Part shown: one piece after another, positions 47,142-57,659 of the stretch
How positions within the stretch are numbered: position 1 is the first letter of the stretch
How the letters are laid out: every line of letters starts with the position of its first letter
From: a bacterium
Lineage (GTDB): Bacteria; UBA8248
Reading direction: 5' to 3'
Length of the DNA: 64,000 bases
Assembly (NCBI GenBank): GCA_963692865.2
Contig: OY843592.1
Coordinates: 64,001-128,000, forward strand
The notes under the pieces: generated by a model
Database searches by the model: none
What the model saw: only the letters and a program-made list of their open reading frames with translations
Told to the model about the DNA's origin: nothing
Program-made: the position numbers and the translations under genes

Positions 47142-48125
47142 TTAGCCGCCGATTGCGCTCATGGTGCGCTCGGGCTGGACGAACTCTTCCTGGCCGATGA
47201 GGTGGCCCGGCGTCTTGGTGAGCACCACCTCGGCGAGCCAGGCCTTTATCTCATCGTCCGGCGCGCCGCCCCTGAGCAGCCTCTTGACGTCGTGCTCGAC
47301 CGTGGAGAACAGGCAGGTCCGCACCATGCCGTCCGCCGTCAGGCGGATGCGGTTGCAGTCCTGGCAGAAAGGCCGCGTGACCGAGGCGATGACGCCCACC
47401 TCGCCCTTGCCGTCCTTGTAGCGGTATCGCGTCGCGGGGTCGGAGGGGTGGCCGCTCACGAGTTCTAATTCGCCCTCGACGGAGAGGCCCTCCAGAATCT
47501 CCTCCGCCGTCAAGACCTTCTCATGCGCCCAGGTGCGGTCCGCATCGAGCGGCATGTATTCGATGAAGCGCACGACGTGGCCCGTCTCGCGCGACCACCT
47601 GGCGAAGCGCGGCAACTCCTCCTCGCTCAACCCCTTGACCGCCACCGCGTTGATCTTGATGGGAGAAAATCCCGCCGCCGCCGCCGCCTCGATCCCCTCC
47701 ATCACCTGACCGAACACGTCCCGGCGCGTCATGAACAGGAATTTGCCCGCGTCCATGGAATCCAGGCTGATGTTCACCCGCCTCAGGCCCGCCGCGTAGA
47801 GATCCCTCGCCATCTTCGGGAGGAAGACGCCGTTCGTCGTCAAGGCCAGGTCCATTCCGGGCTGGACTTCCACCATCTGCCCGACGAGGCGGTGCAAGTC
47901 CTTGCGCAGGAGCGGCTCGCCGCCGGTCAGGTGATAGCTCGTGAAGCCCAGTTCGGTGGTGATGCGCACGACGCGGGTGATCTCCTCGTAGTTGAGAACC
48001 TCCTCGTGCGGCAGCCACGTCATGCCCTCTTCGGGCATGCAGTAGAAACACCGGAAGTTGCACCTGTCCGTCACCGAGATTCTCAAATCATCGTGCGCGC
48101 GCCCGTAGCGATCGAATAACGCCAT
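47142..48125 (-). CDS. moaA: GTP 3',8-cyclase
   Basis: LRISVTDRCNFRCFYCM, TGGEPLLR, FC..CNR.RLTADG...CL, C-terminal MSAIGG. Confidence 0.97.
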   Translation of the reverse strand: MALFDRYGRAHDDLRISVTDRCNFRCFYCMPEEGMTWLPHEEVLNYEEITRVVRITTELGFTSYHLTGGEPLLRKDLHRLVGQMVEVQPGMDLALTTNGVFLPKMARDLYAAGLRRVNISLDSMDAGKFLFMTRRDVFGQVMEGIEAAAAAGFSPIKINAVAVKGLSEEELPRFARWSRETGHVVRFIEYMPLDADRTWAHEKVLTAEEILEGLSVEGELELVSGHPSDPATRYRYKDGKGEVGVIASVTRPFCQDCNRIRLTADGMVRTCLFSTVEHDVKRLLRGGAPDDEIKAWLAEVVLTKTPGHLIGQEEFVQPERTMSAIGG

Positions 48126-48129
48126 TGCC

Positions 48130-50091
48130 CTAACCTTCCCTTGGGGGTGGAGCCATCACCTGGCCGGTCAACGCGGTATTATACCCGCCGAGCGCCTCCA
48201 CGGCATCCCGAAAAGCCTTATCGTTCAGAATATCCATCACCTTCTGGATGGCGGGCGTCTCCCGGTGCTCTTCGGGCACGATGAAATCGAACCGCTCGCG
48301 CTCCAGCGGGATGAAATCGAGGTTCAACATCTGGGCGGCGGCGAAAATCCCCAGCCCGCAGTCCGCACGCCCCGCCGCCACCGCCATGGCCACCGCCATG
48401 TGCGTGGTCTCCACCCGCTCGTAGCCCCGTACGTCGCCTGGCGAGAGGCCCTCGCGCGCCATGAGGTGATCGAGCAGCACCCGCGTGCCCGCCCCGTTCT
48501 GGCGGTTGACGATGGCGACATCCTCACGGCTCAGGTCGGACACACCCGCTATTCCCTTTGGGTTTCCCTTCGGCGTCAGGATGCCCTGTTCTCTTTGCAC
48601 GAAATTCACCACCACGACCTCGCGTCCCTTGAGATAGCGCTTGATGTAGTACCAGTTGTACTCCCCGGTTTCCGGATCGAGCAGGTGGCTGCCCGCGATG
48701 TGCGCCTCCCCGTCGCGCACGGCGATGAGGCCCGCCAGCGAACCCACCGCCGAGGCGGAAAGGCGCGCGTCGTGGTGGCGCGCTCTCAATTCGTCCGCCA
48801 AGAGATCCAGCGCGTTGTCGTGGCTGCCCGCCATGAGCAGGTTGCCCCGGATATCGGCGAGCGGCCTCAAGAGCTCCACCGTGACCTCCTCGCCCGTCTC
48901 GACCCCCTCCGAGTGGGCGGGCACGCGCACCACGCCGTCCGCCTCCACGAGCGAACTGATGACGCTGGCCCCGCGCTTGGCGGGCAGGCAGACCATCCGC
49001 TCGCCCACCTGGCCGAGCTTCACGCGCAAGAACTCCTCCATGCCGAGCCGCGAGGCGCTCTTGCGGCTCATGGAGGCCCTGATGCGCTCCTCCTCACCCG
49101 GCGCCGCGCCCGCCATGTGCGCCATGAGCGGACGCACGAACTCCTGAAGCGCCAGCACCGCCGAGACCGGATAGCCCGGAATCCCGAGCACGGGCTTGCG
49201 CGCGCCCGAATCCGCTTCACAAACGCCCAGGATGGTGGGCTTGCCGGGGAAGATGGCCACGCCGTGCACGAGGAGTTCGCCCAGCTTCTCCACGACGGCG
49301 GCGGTGTGATCCTCGCGTCCTGCGGAGGAACCCGCGTTCACCAGAACGACGTCCGCATTCTCTAGCGCGTCTCGAACCGCAGCCTCGATGGCCTCGAACC
49401 TGTCTTCGAGAATCGGACCCGGCAGCGCCTCTCCCCCCCACTCGGCGATGAAGGCGGACAAAACGCTCGAATTGAACTCCACCAGATCACCGGGCTTGAG
49501 AGCAGCGCCCGCTTCCACGAGTTCATCCCCGGTGGGGATGATGGCGACGCGCGGACGCCGCCGCACCCGCACCCGGGTGATTCCCGCCGCGAGCAGCGCG
49601 CCCAGATCGTAGGGTCTCAAAACGTGCCCCGCCGTAAGGATGAGCTGGCCCTCGACGACGTCCTCTCCCGCCACGCGCACGTTCTGCCAGGGCGAGAGCG
49701 CCGCCTCGATGCGAATGGCGCCGGGACTCGCCTCGTGCACGTGTTCGATCATGACGACGCAATCCATCCCCTCGGGCATGGGGTCGCCCGTGTCGAGAGG
49801 CTGGGCTTCTTCGCCCAGGAGAAACTCCTTGGGACTCACGGGCGTGGCGCCGGAAGTTTCCGCCGAGACGAGGGCGTAGCCGTCCATGGCGGCGGCGTGA
49901 AAGTGCGGGCTCGAAATCCGCGCGTAGGCCGCGCGCGAGGTCACGCGCCCGAGCGCTTCCGGGGTCGGGGTTTCCTCTTCACCCAAGCGGAAGTCGCCCA
50001 CCTTCTCCAGAAGACGCGATAGCGCCTCTTCGCGCGGGATGTTTTCGAGATAGATTTTCCGGCCCCCCCGGGCCAGGGGCAAATCGTTCAT
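48130..50091 (-). CDS. MoeA fused to a periplasmic-binding-protein (PBP/LysR-type) domain
   Basis: AAMDGYA, IPTGDEL, GSSAGREDH, PGKP, PGYPVS; C-terminal GSHD, VGSL.GL, NRQ.GAGTR. Confidence 0.92.
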   Translation of the reverse strand: MNDLPLARGGRKIYLENIPREEALSRLLEKVGDFRLGEEETPTPEALGRVTSRAAYARISSPHFHAAAMDGYALVSAETSGATPVSPKEFLLGEEAQPLDTGDPMPEGMDCVVMIEHVHEASPGAIRIEAALSPWQNVRVAGEDVVEGQLILTAGHVLRPYDLGALLAAGITRVRVRRRPRVAIIPTGDELVEAGAALKPGDLVEFNSSVLSAFIAEWGGEALPGPILEDRFEAIEAAVRDALENADVVLVNAGSSAGREDHTAAVVEKLGELLVHGVAIFPGKPTILGVCEADSGARKPVLGIPGYPVSAVLALQEFVRPLMAHMAGAAPGEEERIRASMSRKSASRLGMEEFLRVKLGQVGERMVCLPAKRGASVISSLVEADGVVRVPAHSEGVETGEEVTVELLRPLADIRGNLLMAGSHDNALDLLADELRARHHDARLSASAVGSLAGLIAVRDGEAHIAGSHLLDPETGEYNWYYIKRYLKGREVVVVNFVQREQGILTPKGNPKGIAGVSDLSREDVAIVNRQNGAGTRVLLDHLMAREGLSPGDVRGYERVETTHMAVAMAVAAGRADCGLGIFAAAQMLNLDFIPLERERFDFIVPEEHRETPAIQKVMDILNDKAFRDAVEALGGYNTALTGQVMAPPPREG

Positions 50092-50136
50092 TCGCTCACG
50101 CCTGATTCAATGAGTATAAACAGCCTACAGCCGCAC

Positions 50137-51378
50137 TCAATACAGATGCACGCGCACCTGCGCTCCCTCGCGCAGCCCCTCGGCTTCCAGCGGAATCGCG
50201 ATGTAGCCGTCCGCTTTCGTCATGGTGGATATCATCGCGGAATTGCCCATGAGGGGATGGGCGACGCGCCCGCTCTCGCCCTCTTCCAGCGCGACGCGGA
50301 CCATATCCTCGCGCCCGGGAGCGGAGGCCACGTTTCTCGACAGGGTGGCTGCAAGACCTTGCCTCTCCACATCGGTACGGGCTATCTCCCCGCTCAACTG
50401 CCTGATGACGGGCCGGACGAAAGCGTGAAAGATCATGAGCGCAGAAACCGGATGCCCCGGAATTCCGATGACGGCTTTGTCCTCCCCGTCACGTACGACG
50501 CGCCCGATGATGGTCGGCTTGCCGGGCTTGATCGATATCCCGTGCACCAGAACGCCCGGCTCGCCCAGTGAGTCGATGGCCTCGACCGTGTAGTCGCGAA
50601 GGCCCATGGAGCTACCGCCCGAGATGAGCACGACGTCCGCGCGGGCCACCGCCTGGTTGAGGCGCTCCTTGATGACGTCAAGATCGTCGGGGAGGATCTC
50701 TTCGGTCTCGGGTTCGCCGCCCGCCTCGATCACCCCCGCCGCGAGGGAAAAACGGTTGATGTCGCGCACCTGACCGGCGCGGGGCGTCTCGCGCGGGTCG
50801 ACCAATTCATCCCCCGTGGGCAGTATCGCCACCCGGGGGCGGCGATGGACCTCTACCGACGTGACCCCCACGCCCGCGAGCGCGCCCACGTCCTGACTCC
50901 TGAGACGGGAACCCGCTCCCAGAATCAACTCGTCCTTTTTGAGATCATCGCCTACTCCAAGGACGTTCTCGCCCACGGCGGCGGGGCGCCTGACCTCCAG
51001 AGTCTCCGGGTCGGGAGCCGAGGTGAACTCCTCCATCACCACCGCGTCGGCGCCTTCCGGCGCCATGCCGCCCGTCAGGATGCGCGCCGCCTCGCCACGC
51101 CCCACCGAAAAGCCGGGCGCCGCTCCCATGGGCACCTGGCCGACTACGTCGAGATATGCCGGAACGGCCTCGCTCGCGCCGAAGGAATCAGAAGCCCTAA
51201 GCGCATAACCGTCCATCGTGGCTCGCGGGAAATCGGGCAGGTCTACGGGCGAGTGAACATCTTCGGCCAGAACGCGGCCCACTGCGCCAAAAGAAGAAAG
51301 ACGCTCCGTCCCCAAAGCGCGGAAACCCCGAAGCGCCTCTTTCGCTTCTTCGGGGGATACGACCTTGAAGAATTCCAT
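50137..51378 (-). CDS. moeA: Molybdopterin molybdotransferase
   Basis: ATMDGYA, TGDEL, SGGSS.G.RD, KPGKP, PGHPVS. Confidence 0.94.
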   Translation of the reverse strand: MEFFKVVSPEEAKEALRGFRALGTERLSSFGAVGRVLAEDVHSPVDLPDFPRATMDGYALRASDSFGASEAVPAYLDVVGQVPMGAAPGFSVGRGEAARILTGGMAPEGADAVVMEEFTSAPDPETLEVRRPAAVGENVLGVGDDLKKDELILGAGSRLRSQDVGALAGVGVTSVEVHRRPRVAILPTGDELVDPRETPRAGQVRDINRFSLAAGVIEAGGEPETEEILPDDLDVIKERLNQAVARADVVLISGGSSMGLRDYTVEAIDSLGEPGVLVHGISIKPGKPTIIGRVVRDGEDKAVIGIPGHPVSALMIFHAFVRPVIRQLSGEIARTDVERQGLAATLSRNVASAPGREDMVRVALEEGESGRVAHPLMGNSAMISTMTKADGYIAIPLEAEGLREGAQVRVHLY

Positions 51379-51628
51379 CGGACCTCTCCGCCTTCAAAAT
51401 GAAAAAACCAACCGCTGCGCGCGCAGGGCTGGCCGCAAAATTCGGAGTCGTTCAGGGGAGTTCGCCCGGCATCCCCTGTAAGGCGAAAGACCGCGCTGCC
51501 CCTCACGGCCTGTTTCCCACAACGATGTAAAGGCGCGGCCGCGTAATCGCCTTCCATGAGAAACGACCGGCCGCGACGAGGAGCGCCAAGCCTCGAAACT
51601 CAAGCGCGGACAGCGGCGAGCCGGCTCT

Positions 51629-51829
51629 TCAGCCCTTCTCGCCCTCTCCGGCGGCGGACGCCTCTTTCTTCTCGGGCAGTTCCGGCTCGTCGCTCATCCC
51701 CTTCTTGAAGCTCTTGATTCCGCGGGCGAGGCCCGAGCCGATCTCGGGCAGACGCTTCGCGCCGAAGACCAGCACGCATATCGCGAGGATGACCAGAAGC
51801 TCGGGAATGCCCATATTCATCGGAAACAT
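51629..51829 (-). CDS. tatA: Twin-arginine translocase subunit A/E
   Basis: ELL.IL....LVFGAKRLPEIG..L..GI..FKK. Confidence 0.95.
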   Translation of the reverse strand: MFPMNMGIPELLVILAICVLVFGAKRLPEIGSGLARGIKSFKKGMSDEPELPEKKEASAAGEGEKG

Positions 51830-51853
51830 CGAAAAACTCCTATGGACGAACGA

Positions 51854-53035
51854 TCAGGAAACCGCGTCCGCGTAAACCTGCGTCGCGGCTCCGACACCAT
51901 CTCCAGACTTTTTAATATACCCCAATTTCGAGAAAATTACCTCCAGCGCCGAGAGAAGGTAGACCACGTTCGCCTGGGTGGCTCCGTGACCCATCATCCC
52001 GATCCGCCATATCTTGCCGGCCACCGCGCCCAATCCGCCGCCGATCTCGATGTTGAAATCGCCCAGCAGGCTCTTGCGCACCGCGGCGTCGTCCATCCCC
52101 TCTTGAAGAGCGACGGTGTTGAGCGTGGGCGTACGCGCGCCCTCCCGGGCGAACATGGAAAGGCCGAGCGCCTCAACGCCCGCCTGGAGCGCCTTGCTCG
52201 CCAGGGCGTGCCTCGCAAAGCGGGCTTCCAAACCCTCATCGAAGATGATGCGCAGCGCTTCTCTGATCGCGTAGTTCATGGAGATGGGGCCCGTGTGGTG
52301 ATAGACGCGCTCGTTGCCCCAGTATTTCTCCACCATGCTCACGTCGAAATACCAGCTCGTGACCTTGGATTTACGCTCGCGCACCTTGCCGAGCGCGCGC
52401 TCGCTGAAGGTGATGGGCGCAACGCCCGGCGGACAGGCCAGGCACTTCTGCGTGCCGCTGTAAGCGACCTCCACCCCCCATTTATCGAGTTCCACGGGCA
52501 CGCCGCCCAGGGAGGTGACGCAATCGAGCAGCAAGAGCGCGCCGTGTTCGCGGCACATCGCGCCGATTTCCTCCATCGGCTGTAAAACGCCCGTGCTGGT
52601 CTCGGCGTGGACGATGCCGACCATCACGGCGTCGGGATTGGCGTCGAGGGCGGCCTTCACGTCGTGGGGGTCGATGGGCTGCCCCCAGGGGGCTTCCACC
52701 GTAACGACATCCGCTCCGTAGCGAGCGGCCACGTCGCTCATCCGTCCGCCGAACACGCCGTTCACGCAGATGACGGCCTTATCGCCCGGCTCGATGATGT
52801 TGCAAACGGAAGCCTCCATCGCAGCGCTTCCCGTGCCCGATACGGGGAACGTCACCTGGTTCTCCGTGTTGAACAGATCGCGCAGCATCGACTGGCAGTC
52901 GTCCATGACGGACAGGAAATCGGGGTCCAGGTGCCCCACCACGTGGGTGCTCATGGCCTTCAGGATTCTGGGATGAACCGGGCTGGGCCCCGGCCCCAGC
53001 AGCAAACGCAGATGCGGATTCAGCTCTTCAGACAA
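51854..53035 (-). CDS. Alanine-glyoxylate / serine-pyruvate aminotransferase family (class V PLP)
   Basis: [45 protein letters not shown]. Confidence 0.93.
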   Translation of the reverse strand: MSEELNPHLRLLLGPGPSPVHPRILKAMSTHVVGHLDPDFLSVMDDCQSMLRDLFNTENQVTFPVSGTGSAAMEASVCNIIEPGDKAVICVNGVFGGRMSDVAARYGADVVTVEAPWGQPIDPHDVKAALDANPDAVMVGIVHAETSTGVLQPMEEIGAMCREHGALLLLDCVTSLGGVPVELDKWGVEVAYSGTQKCLACPPGVAPITFSERALGKVRERKSKVTSWYFDVSMVEKYWGNERVYHHTGPISMNYAIREALRIIFDEGLEARFARHALASKALQAGVEALGLSMFAREGARTPTLNTVALQEGMDDAAVRKSLLGDFNIEIGGGLGAVAGKIWRIGMMGHGATQANVVYLLSALEVIFSKLGYIKKSGDGVGAATQVYADAVS

Positions 53036-53268
53036 GACTTTTCCCTCGCTCGAATCAGGTGTTTGGAATGGATGAGAAACTCCGGCCTTCGCACTTGGCC
53101 CCTCGTTCCGAAATACGACCGCGAGATACTACCACACGCCCCAACCACCGCAAAGGGGGATGGGGGTGAAAGGGGCATCGCAATTTCTATCTATAAATAT
53201 AGAATTCCACCACTTGCTAGATTTACAGTAAAGTAGCAAAAACTACTCTTCCCAGACCCATCGCATAT

Positions 53269-53913
53269 ATGGGAACAACACGAATGACGAGAGAAAAATT
53301 GCAGGGCGAGTTCGAGACGCTTCGCAACCAGGGAATCTACCTGATTACGACGTTCAACACCTACAATGATTTATTCGAGGCCGGCGATGAGGTCGAGCGT
53401 ATCTTGAGAAAATCGGCAGAAATGTTTTTTGGAGACCTCAACATGATGATGATCGAATACATCATCATTGTTGTTTGCCGTCTCACTGACCCTCCAGGAA
53501 CATCCGGCAAAACGAACCTGACAATTCAACACATGAACAAACTGTTGCGTGAAAACGATTGTTTGAGTCCTGAGATCGAAATGCTAAGCGATAGCATCAT
53601 GGCCTACAGAAAACTCTTGGAACCCGTACGGAACAAAATTGTCGCTCACATGGATCGCGACACATATATTCAAGACTTGGCTCTTGGCGGTCATTCTAAA
53701 GAAGATATGAACAAGTTTTTCGAGAACGATTTATTGCAGTATTTCGAAAAAGTCGCAGAAGCCATCGGCGTCTCCCCCTTAGGCGACCTGGTTACTCACG
53801 GTAGCGGGGACGCGCTCGACCTCCGCAAAACACTGAAGAGGGGGCTGATAGCCGAGAAGTTGATTCATGAAGACCCCAAAATGGCTTTATATTTTCTTGA
53901 AAACTCGCCATAG
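53269..53913 (+). CDS. HEPN-domain protein (AbiU2-like)
   Basis: CRLTDP and RNKIVAH (R-x5-H HEPN-type motif). Low GC. Confidence 0.65.
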   Translation: MGTTRMTREKLQGEFETLRNQGIYLITTFNTYNDLFEAGDEVERILRKSAEMFFGDLNMMMIEYIIIVVCRLTDPPGTSGKTNLTIQHMNKLLRENDCLSPEIEMLSDSIMAYRKLLEPVRNKIVAHMDRDTYIQDLALGGHSKEDMNKFFENDLLQYFEKVAEAIGVSPLGDLVTHGSGDALDLRKTLKRGLIAEKLIHEDPKMALYFLENSP

Positions 53914-54109
53914 GCTCAAAACGAAGATGAAAGTTAACAGACCGCGAATATACTCATGCTCGTTCTCATTGAATTCTAGCGCTTAGTGTCGCCACACAAT
54001 CATCATCAAGAAAACATGCTAGAGCACATTCCAGGGAATAGTTTGACAAGCATTCTCACAAGAATCTACTGTGGAGTCGGGGATTGGCATACAATCTGGG
54101 AAAAAAACC

Positions 54110-54346
54110 ATGACAAAATTCGAGATGGTGGCTCATTTTCTGCAACAATCAATGCTTTTGGTGCAACACCCCATCGTATGGGTGGCGGGCGCAGTCTATT
54201 TTGCGGGATGCGCGCTCATCGGCGTGGGGCTTTTGTTCATGCGCCGCGCAGCGATCGCGCGGGACAAGGCGCTGGACATACTTATGAGACGAGCGGAGGA
54301 AGACAGCCTCGCGCTGCGAACCCTCATCGAGCGAACGAGCAAGTAG
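54110..54346 (+). CDS. Small hypothetical membrane protein
   Basis: 78 aa with one hydrophobic segment (IVWVAGAVYFAGCALIGVGLLF) followed by a charged helix. Confidence 0.5.
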   Translation: MTKFEMVAHFLQQSMLLVQHPIVWVAGAVYFAGCALIGVGLLFMRRAAIARDKALDILMRRAEEDSLALRTLIERTSK

Positions 54347-54391
54347 AACCGACTATATCGACCAACCGAAAACTCAGGCGATCGCCTCGTC

Positions 54392-54895
54392 CTATTCCCC
54401 GTCCAACTCGATGTTGTCGTAATCGGGTATGGCGCCCATGCCCTTCCTGGCGGCCATGGATTTTCGCTCGTATTCCATCACCAGTTCTCCGCGCTGGTTG
54501 TAGGCGCGCGTCTTGATGGTGACGACCCCCCGATCGGGCCTGCTCTTCGACTCGCGCTTGTCGAGAATTTCCGATTCCGAATAGAGCGTATCGCCCGCGA
54601 AGACGGGGGCGGGCATCTTGATGTAGGTCCACTCCAGGTTCGCCACCGAGCGGTAGGAGGTGTCGGTGACCGTCATGCCGGCCACGACGGCCAGCGTGAG
54701 GGCGGAATTGACGAGCGGTTTTCCGAACTGGGTCTTCGACGCATAGTGGGCGTCGAAGTGAATCGGGTGGGTGTTGTTCGTCAGCAGGGTGAACCAGGTG
54801 TTGTCCGATTCGAGTATGGTGCGCCCCGGCCTGTGCTTGATGACCTCGCCCACCACGAAATCCTCATACCAGCGTCCCATCTGAAAGTTCGGCAT
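54392..54895 (-). CDS. MaoC-family dehydratase (RipB/itaconyl-CoA hydratase-like)
   Basis: GRWYEDF.VG...HRPGRT....DNTWFTLLT.N.HP.HFD, PVFAGDTLY.ES, KRESKSRP. Confidence 0.88.
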   Translation of the reverse strand: MPNFQMGRWYEDFVVGEVIKHRPGRTILESDNTWFTLLTNNTHPIHFDAHYASKTQFGKPLVNSALTLAVVAGMTVTDTSYRSVANLEWTYIKMPAPVFAGDTLYSESEILDKRESKSRPDRGVVTIKTRAYNQRGELVMEYERKSMAARKGMGAIPDYDNIELDGE

Positions 54896-55000
54896 ATTCG
54901 TTCTCCTCGTTATGCTCCCGTCCACAATCAAGGCGCGCTGTCCGGCAATGCGTCCCCTCGCGGCGATGCGGACGCCTCTTTTTCCCCGTCCCCCCTTTTA

Positions 55001-55282
55001 GGGGGCTGTTGAAAAACCCCGAGGAGTAATGAATCACTCCCCCCTTGAGGGGGAGTCAGCGAGGTAAGGGCGTTAGCCCGCAAGCGAGCTGGTGGGGGGA
55101 GATTTTTTCTGTGGCATGTCCCCCCACCGAATCGGCCTTCGTCCAAAGGACTCGGCCTCTTCGACTCCCCCTCAAGGGGGGAGTGGTTGTTGAGTGCTCT
55201 ACAAGGTGATTGTGATGTCTCTTCCCTTTCAGGCCGGCTACTTACACCAAATCACAGAGGCAAGGCTTTTTCAACAACCTCT
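55001..55282. mobile_element. MITE-like element with (C/T)TGTTGAAAAA terminal inverted repeats, carrying a REP-like palindrome pair
   Basis: Ends GGGGCTGTTGAAAAA and TTTTTCAACAACCTCT; abuts the ACAD stop codon. No ORF. Confidence 0.6.
55035..55185. repeat. REP-like doublet CACTCCCCCCTTGAGGGGGAGTC ... GACTCCCCCTCAAGGGGGGAGTG
   Basis: 23-bp inverted arms with internal GGTGGGGGG / CCCCCCACC pairing. Confidence 0.85.
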
Positions 55283-56434
55283 CTAAGCGGGGTATTGCTC
55301 CAGAAGCCTCTTGGCGATGATGAGGCGCTGAATCTCGTTCGAGCCCTCGCCCACCACCAGGAGCTTCGAGTCCCTGAAATAACGCTCCACGGGCAACTCC
55401 TGGATGTAGCCCATGCCGCCGTGCACCTGAATGGCCTCGCTCGCGCAGAACTCCGCCGTCTCGGAAGCGAAGAACTTGGCCATGCCGGCTTCCAGGTCGC
55501 ACCGCTTGCCCTGGGCCTTCAGGTTCGCCGCGTGATACGTCATGAGCTTCGCCGCGTGGATGCGCGTTCCCATCTCGGCGAGTTTCGCCTGTATCAACTG
55601 ATGGCCCGCCAGCGGCTTGCCGAAGGTCTCGCGCTGCTGGGAATAGCGCATCGAATCCTCAAAGGCCGCGCGCGCGAGGCCCACGCTGCGCGCCGCCACG
55701 TTGACGCGGCCGCCCTCGAGCCCGCTCATGATCATCGGGAAACCCTCGTTCTCATCACCTAAGAGATTCTCGAGCGGCACGCGCGCATCCTCGAACACCA
55801 GTTCGCTCGTGCGGATGCCCCGGTAGCCCATCTTCTTCAAGTGCCTGCTCACCTGAAAGCCGGGCGTTCCCTTGTGGACGAGGATGCAGGAGATGCCCTT
55901 CGCCTTGGGTTTTTCCGGATCGGTGCGCGCGAACACGCTGAACATCGTGCCGTGCTCGGCGTTCGAGATGAACATCTTGGAACCATTCATCACCCACTGG
56001 TCGTCTTCTCTGACGGCGCGCGTCTTGAGAGCGGCGGCGTCCGAACCCGATCCCGGCTCGGTGAGCGCCATGCCCGAGTGCCACTCGCCGGTGGCCATCT
56101 TGGGCAGGTAGGTCTTTTTCTGCTCATCCGTCCCGTAGTTCAGGATCATCCAGGCGGTCATCATGTGCGTGCCGAGAATGCCCGCCACGCTCATCCAGCC
56201 CACGGATAACTCCTCCATGGCGATGGCGTAGCACACCTCGTCCATGCCGCTCCCGCCGTATTCCTCGGGTATCGTGAAGCCGAAAAAGCCGAGTTCCTGC
56301 ATCTTCTCCACGACGGGCGTGGGGTACTTGTCGGCGAGCTCGTATTCCATGGCGATGGGCATGACCTCGCGATCCACGAATTCCTTCATCATCCGCTGAA
56401 CGCTCGTCTGTAGTTCGGTGAACTGGAAATGCAA
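55283..56434 (-). CDS. Acyl-CoA dehydrogenase
   Basis: IPEEYGG, ALTEPGSGSD, NGSKMFISN, RETFGK, HGGMGY..E..VERYFRD, GEGSNEIQ. Confidence 0.94.
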   Translation of the reverse strand: MHFQFTELQTSVQRMMKEFVDREVMPIAMEYELADKYPTPVVEKMQELGFFGFTIPEEYGGSGMDEVCYAIAMEELSVGWMSVAGILGTHMMTAWMILNYGTDEQKKTYLPKMATGEWHSGMALTEPGSGSDAAALKTRAVREDDQWVMNGSKMFISNAEHGTMFSVFARTDPEKPKAKGISCILVHKGTPGFQVSRHLKKMGYRGIRTSELVFEDARVPLENLLGDENEGFPMIMSGLEGGRVNVAARSVGLARAAFEDSMRYSQQRETFGKPLAGHQLIQAKLAEMGTRIHAAKLMTYHAANLKAQGKRCDLEAGMAKFFASETAEFCASEAIQVHGGMGYIQELPVERYFRDSKLLVVGEGSNEIQRLIIAKRLLEQYPA

Positions 56435-56480
56435 GGGATGTTCCCTCCTGAAATTGAATAACCGGAATTTTCGCCAAGTA

Positions 56481-57659
56481 TTAAATCACACCGTCGGCGC
56501 GCAAGTCCGCCACGTCGTCCGGGGAGTAGCCGAGACTCTCCAGCACCTCTTCGGTATGGGCGCTCAGCCCGGGCGGTTGTTCGAGCTTTGGCGTCATCTC
56601 GCTGAATTTGACCGGAAAGCGGCACATTTTCAAGTTTCCGTATTCGCCAGCCACCTCGGGGAAAATCTCCCGGTGCGCCGTCTGGGGATGATCGCACACC
56701 TCGCCCAGATCGTTCACCGCCCCGCAGGGTACGCCGGCTTCGAGAAAAATCTTCCGCCATTCCTCGCGTTCTTTCGTGGCGAGGATCGGCAGCACCTGTT
56801 CGAGCAGCGCGTCTTTGTTCTCGTGCCTGTCGGCGTTGGTCGCGAAACGCGGGTCGTCCACCCATTCGGGATGTCCGAGGACACCTGCGAACAGCCGCCA
56901 GGTGTTCTCGTTTCCGCATGCGACGCCGATGAGCTTTCCCCCCTTGGCGGGATAGGCCCCGTAAGGCGCCAGAAAGTGATGCCCCACGCCCACGCGGCCC
57001 GGCTTGGCGCCGTGGAGGAAGTAGTGAAAGTGGAAATAGCCCTGCATGCTCACCATGCAGTCGAACATCGAGACGTCGAGCTCCTGGCCCTCGCCCGTCC
57101 TGTCGCGCTGCCTGAGCGCCATCATCGCGCCCAGGGCCACGAAAAGCCCCGTCACCCCGTCGCAGATGGAATGGGCCATCTTCGCGGGGGATTCGGGCGG
57201 CCCCGTCATCTCCATGATGCCCGCTTCGGCCTGGATGAGGCCGTCGAACGCCTTCATGTCGCGGTAGGGGCCGTCCTGCCCGTAGCCCGAGGTGTGGACG
57301 TAGATGATGTCGGGCTTTATCTTCTTCACCTCCTCGTACCCGAAGCCGAGCCTGTCGACGGCGCCGGGGCTGAAGTTTTCGAGAAAAACGTCGGCGCTCC
57401 CGAGCATCTCGCGTAAAATCTTCTTGCCGCGTTCGTCTTTCAGGTTCAGCGTCACGCTCTTCTTGTTGGGGTTCACCCAGAAGTGCACCGCCCCCTCGCC
57501 GAAGACCGCGTCGTCCCAGAGACGGACCATGTCGCCCGTGCCGGGGACTTCCACTTTCAGTACCTCCGCGCCGAAATCGGCCAGATGGCGCAGCCCCACC
57601 GGCCCGCTGATGGATACCCCCAGCGAAACGATTCGAACGCCGTCGAGCGGAAGCGCCAT
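56481..57659 (-). CDS. Family III CoA-transferase (CaiB/BaiF)
   Basis: LADFGAEVLKVE.P..GD, N.NKKSV.LNL, ENFSPG, SGYGQDGPY. Confidence 0.92.
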   Translation of the reverse strand: MALPLDGVRIVSLGVSISGPVGLRHLADFGAEVLKVEVPGTGDMVRLWDDAVFGEGAVHFWVNPNKKSVTLNLKDERGKKILREMLGSADVFLENFSPGAVDRLGFGYEEVKKIKPDIIYVHTSGYGQDGPYRDMKAFDGLIQAEAGIMEMTGPPESPAKMAHSICDGVTGLFVALGAMMALRQRDRTGEGQELDVSMFDCMVSMQGYFHFHYFLHGAKPGRVGVGHHFLAPYGAYPAKGGKLIGVACGNENTWRLFAGVLGHPEWVDDPRFATNADRHENKDALLEQVLPILATKEREEWRKIFLEAGVPCGAVNDLGEVCDHPQTAHREIFPEVAGEYGNLKMCRFPVKFSEMTPKLEQPPGLSAHTEEVLESLGYSPDDVADLRADGVI

